From Methanothermobacter thermautotrophicus str. Delta H (lineage in GTDB: Archaea > Methanobacteriota > Methanobacteria > Methanobacteriales > Methanothermobacteraceae), in assembly GCF_000008645.1 (NCBI RefSeq), contig NC_000916.1:630001-662000 (forward strand): a stretch of DNA of 32,000 nucleotides. The letters run 5' to 3'. The notes under the pieces were generated by a model, which saw only the letters and a list, made by a program, of their open reading frames with translations, did no database searches and was not told the DNA's origin. Shown piece by piece: positions 1 through 11,700 of the stretch. Within the stretch, counting starts at the first letter, position 1. Each line of letters opens with the position of its first letter. The position numbers and the translations under genes were made by a program.

Positions 1-1104
1 GTTAAGAGGCAGCTCAGTCTGGTTGAGATAAGGGACACCCTCCAGGAGAGGGGTGCTGTGGTTGAGGATAAGATATTCGATGTGTCAGAGGTCTTCGCAG
101 ATACAGAATCCAGGATAATCTCCTCGGCGGAGTCTGTACTCGCAGTTAAACTGAGGGGCTTTGATGGTCTCATAGGGGTTGAAATCCAGCCAGGAAGGCG
201 TCTCGGCACCGAGATGGCTGATTATGCTAAAAAGCGGGGTGTGAGTGGCATATTCCACACCGATGAACTCCCTGCCTACGGTATAACAGAGGAAGAGGTT
301 CGGGGCCTCAGGGATGCCGTGGGTGCCTCCCAGGGTGATGCGGTTGTCATGGTTGCCCATGAAAGGGTCACCGCCGAGAATGCCCTCAGGGAGGTTATAA
401 GGCGTGCGGAGATGGCAATCCAGGGTGTGCCTGAGGAGACAAGGAAGGCGCTGCCTGACGGTAACACACAGTACCTCAGGCCCCTGCCAACCTCAAGCAG
501 GATGTACCTTGAAACAGACATACCCTTATTCCGGATAGAGGATGACCTCCTGGAGGGCATCAGGAGGAACCTGCCTGAACTCCCCTCAGAGAAGAAGGAG
601 AGGATAATGAGGGACTACGGTCTGAGTGAGGACCTGGCATCACAGCTCGTTAAGCGTAACCTTGTTGATGAATTTGAGGCCCTTACAGAATTCAGGGTCG
701 ATACCACTGTCATAGCATCACTCCTGGCCTACACCCTGAGGGAGCTCAGGAGGGAGGGCCATGATGTGGACGGGCTGGGCCTTGATGAACTGAGAGACGC
801 CATTAAACTCCTTGAGGTCGGTAAGATCTCAAAGGATGCCCTCAGGGACATAGTGGCCTGCATGGCTGATGAGGGCCTTGCAGCGGAGGATGCTGCTCGT
901 AAGCTCAACCTCCTGCTCCTCGCTGAGGATGAGATCGAGTCCATAATCCAGGAGATCGTTGAGGGTAACCTTGATATGATCTCTGAGAGGGGTATGGGTG
1001 CCATGGGTCCTCTGATGGGGCAGGCCATGGGCAGGCTCCGTGGAAGGGCAGATGGTAAGGTTGTAAACAGGATCCTCCGGGAGAAGATCCAGGAGAGGCT
1101 CTGA
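1..1104 (+). CDS. gatE: Glu-tRNA(Gln) amidotransferase subunit E, C-terminal part (5' truncated by window)
   Basis: Reading frame is open from base 1 (VKRQLSLVEIRDTLQERGAVVEDKIFDVSEVFADTES...) and has the GatE/GatB-like C-terminus with the YqeY-like tail (LLLLAEDEIESIIQEIVEGN...). Confidence 0.93.
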   Translation, partial: VKRQLSLVEIRDTLQERGAVVEDKIFDVSEVFADTESRIISSAESVLAVKLRGFDGLIGVEIQPGRRLGTEMADYAKKRGVSGIFHTDELPAYGITEEEVRGLRDAVGASQGDAVVMVAHERVTAENALREVIRRAEMAIQGVPEETRKALPDGNTQYLRPLPTSSRMYLETDIPLFRIEDDLLEGIRRNLPELPSEKKERIMRDYGLSEDLASQLVKRNLVDEFEALTEFRVDTTVIASLLAYTLRELRREGHDVDGLGLDELRDAIKLLEVGKISKDALRDIVACMADEGLAAEDAARKLNLLLLAEDEIESIIQEIVEGNLDMISERGMGAMGPLMGQAMGRLRGRADGKVVNRILREKIQERL

Positions 1105-1239
1105 AAAAACCAGCCCCCTTTTTTTATTATTGAGGGTGCTCAGCAGACCCTAAAGCTCCACCTCCTTTTTAATATGAACCGGTTAACTGAATGTGAAATC
1201 TTTATCTCCACCGGTGACCAAGATAATGATTAAGGTGGT

Positions 1240-2151
1240 ATGATGACTGATTATGACATGATAGTTATAGGGGCTGGCCCTGCAGGGCTCACAGCCGGTA
1301 TCTATGGTGGAAGGCAGGGAAGCAGCGTCCTGATGCTGGATAAGGGCCCGGCCGGTGGACTGGGCCTCGAGGTGCCCATGATGGAGAACTACCCGGGATT
1401 CGAGATGATCGCGGGAATGAGCCTCGTTACAAAGATGAAGAAACAGGCCACCGCTGTTGCAGAGCTGAGGGAAATGGAGGAGGTTAAGGAGATAGAGAAA
1501 GGTGATGTGTTCACGGTCAAGACATCAAGGGACACCTACACCGCCTCGGCAATCATCTTTGCAACCGGCAGCAAACACAGGCAGCTTGGAGTCCCAGGTG
1601 AGAACGACCTTCTGGGGCGGGGTGTCTGCTACTGTGCAACCTGCGATGGCCCCCTATACAAGGGTCGAAAGGTCCTGATGGTTGGAGGTGGTAACAGCGC
1701 AGCCCAGGAGGCCGTTTTCCTAAAGAACATAGGCTGTGATGTGAGTATAGTCCATCGGAGGGATGAGCTGAGGGCTGATAAGTACCTCCAGGACAAGCTT
1801 CGTGAGATGGAGATCCCTGTGATCTGGAACTCTGTGGTTAAGGAGATAGGGGGTGATGAGAGGGTTGAGGAGGTCATCATCCACAACCGTGTAACCGGCA
1901 GGGACGAGACCCTCAAGGTTGACGGTGTATTCATAGCAATCGGCGAAGAGCCCCTCAACCAGCTTGCAGTTGACCTCGGTGTTGAGGTGGATAAAGGAGG
2001 CTACATCATCACAGACAAATTCCAGAGGACAAACGTGCCCCTCGTTTATGCCGCAGGGGATATAACAGGGGGTCTGAACCAGTGGGTAACGGCATGTGCA
2101 GAGGGTGCCATCGCAGCAACCTACGCCTACCGTGAAATACAGAGCTACTGA
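1240..2151 (+). CDS. trxB: Thioredoxin reductase-like FAD/NAD(P) disulfide oxidoreductase
   Basis: N-terminal FAD motif [17 protein letters not shown], redox motif CATCDG, second nucleotide-binding motif [11 protein letters not shown]-terminal YAAGDITGG. Confidence 0.92.
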   Translation: MMTDYDMIVIGAGPAGLTAGIYGGRQGSSVLMLDKGPAGGLGLEVPMMENYPGFEMIAGMSLVTKMKKQATAVAELREMEEVKEIEKGDVFTVKTSRDTYTASAIIFATGSKHRQLGVPGENDLLGRGVCYCATCDGPLYKGRKVLMVGGGNSAAQEAVFLKNIGCDVSIVHRRDELRADKYLQDKLREMEIPVIWNSVVKEIGGDERVEEVIIHNRVTGRDETLKVDGVFIAIGEEPLNQLAVDLGVEVDKGGYIITDKFQRTNVPLVYAAGDITGGLNQWVTACAEGAIAATYAYREIQSY

Positions 2152-2253
2152 AAGTCACTTACCTACTAATTCTTTTTATGAAATGAGTTTAAATCAGGTT
2201 GCGCATCTGCTACTCTCCAGATATGATTATTCAGGATAGCATCAGCTTGAGTA

Positions 2254-2400
2254 TCAAACACTCCTTCCCCGCAGGAAGATGTATATGATGTATGCAATTA
2301 TAAGGACCACTAACACGGGTAGCAGCCATACCAGAACATAGAAAGCGACAACTGCAAGGACGAGTGCAACCAGAATGTAAATTATATCCACTGCCTCCAT
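2254..2400 (-). CDS. Small hydrophobic membrane protein, 48 aa (absent from the supplied ORF track)
   Basis: Translated by hand: MEAVDIIYILVALVLAVVAFYVLVWLLPVLVVLIIAYIIYIFLRGRSV*. Continuous hydrophobic core of about 1-2 TM helices with a positively charged tail; ATG start. Confidence 0.5.
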   Translation of the reverse strand: MEAVDIIYILVALVLAVVAFYVLVWLLPVLVVLIIAYIIYIFLRGRSV

Positions 2401-2460
2401 AATATTTAATTATTCGGTAAAATATAAATAGCTTTTCAGAATCAGAAGAGGAGAATGTTT

Positions 2461-3015
2461 ATGATACTCATCATCAACAATCACGGGCAGTACAATCACA
2501 GGATACACAGGACACTCAGGTACCTCCAGATACCCTCCGAGCTTGTACCCAACACCACACCACTTGATGAGATCATCTCAAGGGACCCCGAGGGCCTCAT
2601 ACTCGGTGGTGGACCATCACTTGAGAGGTCCGGTAACTGTGTGGAGTACATACAGAAGCTTGAAATACCCATCCTCGGCATATGCCTGGGCCACCAGCTG
2701 ATAGCAAAGGCCTACGGTGGAGAAGTTGCAACGGCAGAGGCGGAGAGCTACGCCCAGATCGAACTTGAGATACTCGACGAGGACGACATATTCAGGGGAC
2801 TCGGGCCAAGGATGAGTGTATGGGCCTCCCACAAGGACGAGGTTAAGAAGCTACCTGACGAGTTTGACGTCCTCGCAACATCAAGCATATGTGAAGTGGA
2901 GGCCATGAAACACCATGATAAACCTGTGTATGGTATACAGTTCCACCCCGAGGTCCACCATACGAGGGAGGGCCACAGGGTCTTCGAGAACTTCTATGAT
3001 GTCTGCAGGTCATGA
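2461..3015 (+). CDS. guaAA: GMP synthase, glutamine amidotransferase subunit (subunit A)
   Basis: [20 protein letters not shown]..., class I amidotransferase motifs GGGPS, GICLGHQ and [14 protein letters not shown] track start 2455 is also possible. Confidence 0.93.
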   Translation: MILIINNHGQYNHRIHRTLRYLQIPSELVPNTTPLDEIISRDPEGLILGGGPSLERSGNCVEYIQKLEIPILGICLGHQLIAKAYGGEVATAEAESYAQIELEILDEDDIFRGLGPRMSVWASHKDEVKKLPDEFDVLATSSICEVEAMKHHDKPVYGIQFHPEVHHTREGHRVFENFYDVCRS

Positions 3016-3117
3016 ACTGGGACCTGAAGGTACCCACCCTAACACGGGTCAGAACACCGTCCATCCTTAACATTAAATAGATGTCCTGCAAGATAATAAA
3101 TCAATCATTTTTATTCG

Positions 3118-4053
3118 GTGATGCTTATGCTGAATCCATCTGATTTTATTGAAGAAGCAGTTGAAGAGATAAGAAGTACCGTTGGTAACGAAAAGGCCAT
3201 AATAGCACTATCAGGAGGAGTTGACAGTTCCGTGGCATCTGTTCTTGCCGGTAGGGCCATCGGAGATAACCTCACAGCGGTATTTGTTGACCATGGACTC
3301 CTCAGGGAGGGAGAAGCAGAGTACGTGAGAAAAACATTCAGTGAACGCCTGAACTTCCGCTACATTGACGCCTCAGAGGAGTTCCTGAAGGAACTTGAGG
3401 GTGTCACAGACCCTGAGGAGAAGCGTAAGATAATCGGAAGGGTGTTCATTGAGGTCTTTGAAAGGGTAGCCGAGGAGATAGGTGCCAGGTACCTGGTGCA
3501 GGGCACAATAGCCCCTGACTGGATTGAAAGTGAGGGTCAGATAAAGTCCCACCACAACGTCGCACTCCCACACGGACTTGTACTCGAGATAGTTGAACCA
3601 ATAAGGGAGCTCTACAAGGATGAGGTACGTGAAATTGGCCTTGAACTGGGTCTTCCACGTGAGATGATCCAGAGGCAACCCTTCCCGGGTCCAGGACTTG
3701 CAGTGAGGATAGTCGGGGAGATAACCCGGGAGAAGATTGAGATATGCCGAAGGGCCAACGCCATCGTCGAGGAGGAGGTCGTTGAAAGCGGCCTCCACGA
3801 GAGTCTCTGGCAGTACTTCGCTGTACTTACTGACACCATGGTCACCGGGGTCAAGGGGGACGTGAGGGACTTCGGATACCTCGTGGTTATAAGGATGGTT
3901 GAATCTCTTGACGCAATGACAGCAAGTGTCCCTGAACTTCCATGGGATCTCATAAAGAGGATATCAAAGCGCATAACCGCCGAGATACCTGAGGTAACCC
4001 ATGTGGCTCTTTCTGTAAGTGATAAGCCGCCAAGCACCATTGAATTTGCCTGA
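3118..4053 (+). CDS. guaAB: GMP synthase, ATP pyrophosphatase subunit (subunit B)
   Basis: PP-loop [28 protein letters not shown] and C-terminal KPPSTIEFA. True start could be 3127 ([12 protein letters not shown]). Confidence 0.94.
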   Translation: MMLMLNPSDFIEEAVEEIRSTVGNEKAIIALSGGVDSSVASVLAGRAIGDNLTAVFVDHGLLREGEAEYVRKTFSERLNFRYIDASEEFLKELEGVTDPEEKRKIIGRVFIEVFERVAEEIGARYLVQGTIAPDWIESEGQIKSHHNVALPHGLVLEIVEPIRELYKDEVREIGLELGLPREMIQRQPFPGPGLAVRIVGEITREKIEICRRANAIVEEEVVESGLHESLWQYFAVLTDTMVTGVKGDVRDFGYLVVIRMVESLDAMTASVPELPWDLIKRISKRITAEIPEVTHVALSVSDKPPSTIEFA

Positions 4054-4219
4054 AAAGCCACGAAATCTTTTTTTCTGAATATCAGACCACAGAAAAAAAC
4101 AAAACCCTTTTTTTCTTAAGATGCTTGAAAAAACACCAGCAGTTCCCCTTCAAGAGATGGAGATTATGAAAGTGAATCCCTCATTAACTAAATAAGTTAT
4201 GAGTCACATAATTTGACGT

Positions 4220-4675
4220 ATGAAAGACAGGATCCCGATATTCTCTGTTGCAAAAAACCGTGTTGAAATGGTTGAGAGGATTGAACTCTCAGATGATGAG
4301 TGGCGGGAGATACTTGACCCCGAAGCCTTCCGTGTTGCAAGGAAAGCCGGCACAGAGCCACCATTCACAGGTAAATATCATGACCTCCACGATGACGGCA
4401 TATACCGCTGCATATGCTGTGGTACAGACCTCTTTGACTCAGAAACCAAATTCGATTCAGGGACAGGATGGCCGAGCTTCTATGATGTGGTATCAGAACA
4501 CAACATTAAACTGAGGGAGGATCGCAGCCTCGGGATGGTACGCTGTGAGGTCCTCTGTGCAAGGTGCGACGCCCACCTTGGCCATGTATTCGATGATGGT
4601 CCCAGGCCCACAGGGAAGAGGTACTGCATGAACTCAGCGGCACTGAAGTTCATCCCGAGGGATCAGATAGGGTGA
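4220..4675 (+). CDS. msrB: Peptide-methionine (R)-S-oxide reductase
   Basis: Two CxxC zinc motifs (CICCG, CARCD), [20 protein letters not shown] and catalytic RYCMNSAAL. Confidence 0.96.
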   Translation: MKDRIPIFSVAKNRVEMVERIELSDDEWREILDPEAFRVARKAGTEPPFTGKYHDLHDDGIYRCICCGTDLFDSETKFDSGTGWPSFYDVVSEHNIKLREDRSLGMVRCEVLCARCDAHLGHVFDDGPRPTGKRYCMNSAALKFIPRDQIG

Positions 4676-4676
4676 A

Positions 4677-4928
4677 ATGCAGGAAGGTGCTGGAATGGCT
4701 GAGGACTTTGGAAGGTACTGGGTGGCTGGACTCATAATGGCAGTTGCAACAGAGTTCATCAACACCCTCACATACATCATCGGAACATGGAGACCCAATT
4801 TTTATCCTGAATGGATCCTCGGTCTCCTTACAGGGATCGCCGGTATTGCAATGTTCATACTGGTCCCATGGATCTACGGGCGCCTTGTGGAGTTCGTCTA
4901 CATCCACTTCATCAGTGGTGAGGGCTGA
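4677..4928 (+). CDS. Small hypothetical membrane protein (start may be 4695, MAEDFGRYW)
   Basis: 83-aa ORF directly after msrB with two hydrophobic segments (VAGLIMAVATEFINTLTYI; WILGLLTGIAGIAMFILVPWIYG). Confidence 0.6.
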   Translation: MQEGAGMAEDFGRYWVAGLIMAVATEFINTLTYIIGTWRPNFYPEWILGLLTGIAGIAMFILVPWIYGRLVEFVYIHFISGEG

Positions 4929-5291
4929 TCAGAGGCCGTTAAACATTGCAGCAGCCTGGTTCATTAACTCGTTGGCCTCGTTTATCATGAGCCCAGAGTG
5001 AACGAAGTGATCATCATCTCCATCATCATAGAATCTCAGGAACTCCCTTATGGCCTCAAGGTAGGTCCCAACGGCCTTAAATATCAAATTGTGAAGATCA
5101 GCAAGCCCAGGATCCGGGATTTCACTTGATATGTCCCTGAACACCCTGGTGAGGGAGCGTTCTATATCCATGAACTCATCCCTGAGTTCCTGTGGATCCC
5201 TCCCACCCCTGAGAAGTATAAGGCTACCCCTGAATCTGTTTACATTGTACCCTATTCTCTGAACATGCCTCTGCATCCTCCTTGAGTACAT
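4929..5291 (-). CDS. Conserved hypothetical helical protein, 120 aa (source of the pseudogene fragment at about 19.5-19.7 kb)
   Basis: MYSRRMQRHVQRIGYNVNRF...[29 protein letters not shown] diverged partial copy exists at 19482-19682. Confidence 0.7.
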   Translation of the reverse strand: MYSRRMQRHVQRIGYNVNRFRGSLILLRGGRDPQELRDEFMDIERSLTRVFRDISSEIPDPGLADLHNLIFKAVGTYLEAIREFLRFYDDGDDDHFVHSGLMINEANELMNQAAAMFNGL

Positions 5292-5704
5292 TGAATAATC
5301 ACCTCCATTTATATTGATTTAGTTTCTCTAATAAATAATCCATCATGGGATAACACCAGCGAATTAAATGATAAGCTGAGGCTGGAGGATCAAAAGTACA
5401 GAACAAATGTGAATTTTTCCAATTTCATATACTGTCTCCGCTCTCTAGATCATAGATATTGTCTCCACGTCAGCTTTTCTTCGTTGATCAGTATCTGATC
5501 TTAGCTAATGATACCACTTTGTTCCAATCTCCACATGACGTTCACTTAGTTCTATCAAAGAGAGAATGTGTAGATTGCGTGACACACAATCCATATGCTT
5601 CAGATATCAGAGAAAAACGATGGATTATCACTTGATGAAAAGAAACCCCAACTCAGTGAAAAAAGACCTACCAAATATTCAATTTTCCAAAAAAAGAAAT
5701 GTGG

Positions 5705-8700
5705 TTAATACTCTTTTCTAGATGCCCTAAAGTAACCAATTGCCATAAGGACCACGAGAATCAAGACCCCCATAATAGCATAAAATGAAATTCCTGTACT
5801 TGAAAATCCCTGTGAACCTCTTCTAGTGATCTCATAAGATTTACCTTCACCTGCTTTGCCAGGTTCTCCTGTACCCCTCTGTAACCCGACCTCATCTAGG
5901 GATGCTGTTGTTCCTGCAGATCTAACTGATGAATCTCTTGCGCTTGAACCGGCACTACCGGTCCCAGTTCCCTCTTGTGTACGTGGTGTTGAACCTGATT
6001 CACCGCCCTCCCCATGATCTTCGGCAGGTGCGAAGTTTGCATTTTTCGTGGCAGCGTATATCTTCGCCTTAACCTTTTCAATGAGATCAGGATTCACATA
6101 CTGCATAGCCCATTCTATCATAGCAAGATTACCACAACTGCAGTCACAGCATGCCACTCCATGCTCAGCAATCATTTTAGCCCATCTGTTAGCAATGTTC
6201 CTGGTGATGGTCTCATCAGTTTTCCAGTAACCCATATAGATGACGTTCAACATGGTCCCTGTTATACTTATCATCGCATAAGCCCTGTTACCGCTGGAAA
6301 GCCAATCTGTAACCCCTGTTTGAAGGCTGTCTTGGAGATATACATTATACGCTGTCTGCCAGAGGTTACTATAAAATGTGCTCGAAAAGACCTCGTCATG
6401 GGTATAACTGTCTCTTAGAATTGTCCATGCTATGAGGTTAGAAATAAATTTCCTGCTGATGTATCTACCTGTGGGGTCGCTTTGCATCATGGCCCTGATC
6501 CATTCAGGGTTGAAGTAGCGAGTTGTTGCCTCCAGACTCATAAAGCTTTCAAGTGTCAATGCCCGGGGGGAGCCTCTGTTCCCATAACTCAGAACATACA
6601 TTGTTGGTGCTTCACCATTCACCCTTTCTATGGCAACTGAAAGTCCACCCCAGTAATCAAAGAAGTCATCATTATCCAAGACCCCATAGAGATTTGTGTT
6701 TCTACTTGTAAATACTGTCTTGACACCATTAAGCGCCCTTTTGAAGACTAGTGGATTTGATGATCCCCATTGGGTGCTTGAGTATATGTTACCCATCCTG
6801 TTAAGGTAGAAGTCCGCAAGCTCCATTCTGTCATCCCATGTCCAGCTTAACTGGATGCTCTTGGATATCCCAGCTCCATAATCATTCTCTGGTGGGGCGA
6901 ATATCTTTGAAATTGCATATTCCCCAGCAATCTCTGGGGTCATATTAAGGGACATGTAATATTCAAAGTCTTCAACCCAATGTTTAGCAACATAATTGTA
7001 ATCTAATGACTCGTCACCGATACCATAGAATCCAACAGGCCCTACCACATAATTTAGGGCCTTTTCTATCTTGTCCCCATATTTTTGTTTAAGCCTCGTA
7101 TCATCTAATATTGTATAGTAGGATCTTGCAAGGGCTACTCTGAACGCCTTGTCAAGTAGGCCGGCTTGCCTGCTGTAAAGATCCCTGAATAAGCCCGTTG
7201 TTATAATCACAACGTCAATCCTCTTTTTCTCCCAGCCCTCTGGTCGCACAAGATCCTTGAGTTCTACATATTTCGGCATTTCTTTAAGTTTAGCACCTCC
7301 CACACCAGCACTTGGAGAATCAGACCAGTCAGGTTCCATTCCAAGCAATGCCAGCACCATTGATACTAGTGCTGCATCATCACGTGCCGTTTCTGTGCAG
7401 AATATACCAACAGCTATTTTCTCCACAGTAGCATTAAGGTTTTGGAGTGTTAATAATGCTAAACTCTTACCATATTCAAATGAACTTCTTGTAGGTATCT
7501 CCGCTGCTTGATCCTGGAAGAAATTCCTACCCGTTGGCAGCGCATCAGGGTTGCTCACCAGATCGTTACCAGCCCCCGGTGGAATATAACCACAATTCAA
7601 AGCATCTAGTAGAGCTTCTACCTCAGCATCCATACTCTCATATACTTTCATCGCATATTCACGAGCCAACTCTAATGCCTTTTTCAGCCCAGCCGTTGGC
7701 ATGCTAGTTAAATTGTTAAGCGTCGCATTCACTCCATTAGTGATGACACTCTTCACGATCCCTATGCAATTTTCTTGCACTTTCTCCTTTTGTATACTGG
7801 TAAGGTTCCCATAAGATTTTCTATAGAATAGGAGGGCCACCTCATCCTGTAATGTTGTCTCCTCAGTGGTAGAAACTTGGAATGGCACTGATAGTATCGA
7901 AGAGACTAGCATCGCCACTTCCTCCTCTGTCCAATTTTTACCAATGGCATGTAAACCATGAGGATACAATGTATCCTGCACCTGCCCCAGGTAATCTTCT
8001 ATTGTCTGGACTAGCTTATCCCCATATAGTTTGTTGAGTGATACTCCCATTGCCATTTCTATAAGTTGTGTGAGATTATTATCCTGTATTGTCTTCCTTA
8101 TCTTACTGATTATCTCTGTTTTTGTTGAATTGTCAGCACCATCATATTGACCCACCAGAGTTGCTAAAGAAGCGTATCCACCATATAATGCCGTGAATGT
8201 TAATGGTGGTGTTAAATGGTCTATGATAACTGCTGATCCCCTCCTCTTGGCCTGGATGCCCTCTGCGAGTCCATCCACTATATAATAATAGATCTGTGGA
8301 GTGGCACCAGTCACGACCTTGGGGAAGTCAGAGGATGCCAATAGAACCTCTTTACCAGGGAGCCACTCATAAGTAGCGTGTCTTCCAAGATGGACCATCG
8401 CATCAGTGTTCTCCTGCAAGTAAGCATAAACTGCAAGATACTGATGTGGCGGAGCCACCACCATGCTATGATAAAGCTTGTTAATATCTCCTTCCCATCC
8501 ACGCTGAGGCTCTGGACAAATGAAGATGTTACCAAACCACATCCCTGGGATTACAAAATATTTTGTACCATTCTTTTCCACAGTCATTATATCCCCGGGG
8601 GGCTGGCCCCAACCAGATAAACCACTAATATTAAGGGCAAAGAACTGCCTCTTATATCCCAAGAATTCATTATAGTATCTTTGATCCCCAGTTAAAATAT

Positions 8701-11700
8701 AATTCTTGAGAGCCGCAACTATCTTATCCAATACTGATATGGCCACATTTGTCTTGTTTTCCGGCAATAAGGATATTATACCATCGTACCAGGAGTCTAT
8801 ACGATCTCCCATACCAGTTGTATAATTCAATCCTACCGCCCTTTTGCATAATTCTCCAATATATCCAACAGGCCCCTCTATAACTTGGATCTTTGTGATC
8901 TCGTCAAGCTTAGAGAACCATTCCATGTACTTGTCCACTGGATAGAGTATTGCATTTTTAGCAAGTTTTTCAAGTTCTCCAGGAGCCCATGGGGCGACAT
9001 TAATACCCTTCTGGATTATCATATCATGGAGTATTGTTGTATTGGCTGGTATGTTCTCTACAGTGTACCCATTATCTTTGAGGATGTTAAGGAGATTATA
9101 GATGCTTGTTATAACGTCAAGGTAGCTTGAACCGATATTATCCTTTCCTGGCGGATAATTATAGTAGATTAACGCCACTTTTTTCTCATTGTTCGACAAT
9201 CTTTTCAGTTTAACCCAACCTTTTATCTCATCGGCAAGATGCTCAATATTCGCAGGTATTATCTCGTAGAGACTATAAGATAATCCAGTATCAGGGTCTG
9301 TGATCGGTTCAGAGTTCGTGGCCACAATTGTCGAATCTATAATCCCCTGGGATTCTGAAACGGCTATGTGCCACCATCTGTCACCTGTAAGTTGCCTTAA
9401 TCCTAGGGTGCTGAGATCCCACTGCTCCGCAAGAAGATAATCAGAATGTAAAGCCTTAAATACTGGTACATTTATGAGTTCAAAGAATTTTGTAACATTC
9501 GTGAAAAGATCACCGCCCAAACCATAGGCTGGCATGCTCACTATAGCATCAACATAAACCTTATACTTGGATGGGTTTGCGAAGAAGCTTTCAACGTCGG
9601 GTGCATCAGTGAATGATTCCACCATAACCTTTAATTGTTCGGGCGTGGCCCCATATGCCACTACTGGTATAACATTAAATCCTCTAGCCTCTAATGCATC
9701 GATAATAGCATAGTATGGTTGTAGTTTTTGATTGTCCACGTACATTTTACTTTCAAGGAGCCCTATACAACCCGTGGCGTTCGCCCTGAAGTATTTATTG
9801 ATGTATTCTGTAAGGTTATACCATCCGTGACGGTAAATCCCATATGGTTTTTCGCCGCTGGTTGCCCATATTGGAGGTTTCCAGTATCCAGTGTTTGGAA
9901 CCCCAATAAGATTGAGGGCCCAGACGATCTGGTTTACAAACGCATTATTATTATTGATGTCTTTGTAGAGTACCGCCATGTTGTACTCTAGTGAGAATAT
10001 GCCAGTAATATTAGATGATGAGATGTAATTTAACACGTGTTCGAAATTGGCGCCTTTTTTGGTATTTTGATAGTAGTCTATTAGGAGCTCATCTTGTATG
10101 TTGGAGAGGATGTATTCTCCTTTGATGTTTGAGTATCTCATGAGACTTGTATATGCTGGATTATAGACTATTGCAGGTTCTAGTATGAGGAATATGCCAC
10201 CTGTTTTGTTAGTTATTCCTGGGTTTGTTGAGAGCAGTTTTTGTAGGCGTTGAGATGCGCTGTCACTTAAGTATTCTCCAAGAAATATGTCACAGGCTGA
10301 TAGGACTTGCAGGAGTTCGTTATCTGACATCTTGGTTAACTGTTCACAGCTTCTGATCTGTATCTGGACCTTTTCCCTTACAGGGGCGTATCCAAGAACG
10401 TTTGCATCATGAACTGCCTCGTTAATAACTATCGTTTGTCCTTCATCACTTATAATAAATACTAGAACGTTACCACTTTTCTTAACGGTGCAGAATCTGT
10501 TAAATTTATTATTTGTTTTATTGATTTCCTGGATGTGGTTTTCTGGGTCTATTATGAGTTGTAGTGTGTGGGAGCCCACAGTCATTGGAGTCCAATTAAA
10601 CACTACCGTAGTTGTCTCACCACTCCTAAGTAATGGGATGGTATAACTACCAACCCTCACACCATTATCAACAAAATCAACCCTAACCCCACTAGCATTG
10701 GCCGGACCAATATTCGATATCCTCGCAGTGAATGTGTATGTCTCATTAACTATAAGATCAGCAACTAATTCCGTACTTTTGCATATAAGATCGGGAAGAG
10801 CCTGATTAACTGTCACATTCAATATTATCCTATTGTTTGTCTCATTGGTCTCCTGGATGTGGTTTTCTGGGTCTATTATGAGTTGTAGTGTGTGGGAGCC
10901 CACAGTCATTGGAGTCCAATTAAACACTACCGTAGTTGTCTCACCACTCCTAAGTAATGGGATGGTATAACTACCAACCCTCACACCATTATCAACAAAA
11001 TCAACCCTAACCCCACTAGTATCTTGATTACCTGCATTTCCAACCAGCGCGGTGACATTATATGTCAATCCTTTATAGAATGTTCCATCGAGCTTGGATT
11101 GTGTCCATAGCTCTGGTTCTCTACTGACCGGTGCCTAATACCTTGCCTCAAGTAAGGCAAGTATAATCTTATAAAAGCCTTTTCCACCATAACCACCCGT
11201 TAATGCACCATCATATGTTAAAAGGTTCTCTCCAGTAGGATTGAATTGAGCAGTGACATTCCATTTATTTAATCCGCTGTAATCTCCAGTTAACTGATTA
11301 CCGGAAAGCCTCCTCCCATTAAAGGTATATGTGCCATCAACACTGCTCGCATGAATTACAGTCGCTGTGACATTTTTAATATCACCTATGATATTCGATC
11401 CAAAAATGGTTCTCCCAATATAATTTTCTCCAGTATTATCCGTGTAGTAATAGTTGTCCACATCATGGCCCATATTGACCCAGTAGGCGACAGTATCAGT
11501 GCTTCCAGGGATGTCATAGGCTACTACAAGTGTTATAACCTTTATGCGACCATCTGTAGTACAATTAAATGTGGTCACATTAGCCCAGTTTCTAACTCCC
11601 GTAATATTGGTTACATCATACCATAGGAGATAGTCACTTGTAACCCGCACAATATGATCATTTATTTGAGTATACTGAGAAGCTTCCTCATTATTCTCAG

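Noticed and set aside
3373-4061. Minus-strand ORFs 3373-3798 and 3612-4061
   Set aside because: Antisense shadows of GMP synthase subunit B.
11135-11137. TAG read as pyrrolysine
   Set aside because: The neighbouring giant gene has the same kind of interruption with TAA, the context is not a methylamine methyltransferase, and no pyl genes are visible here. Nonsense mutation, sequencing error or readthrough is more economical.
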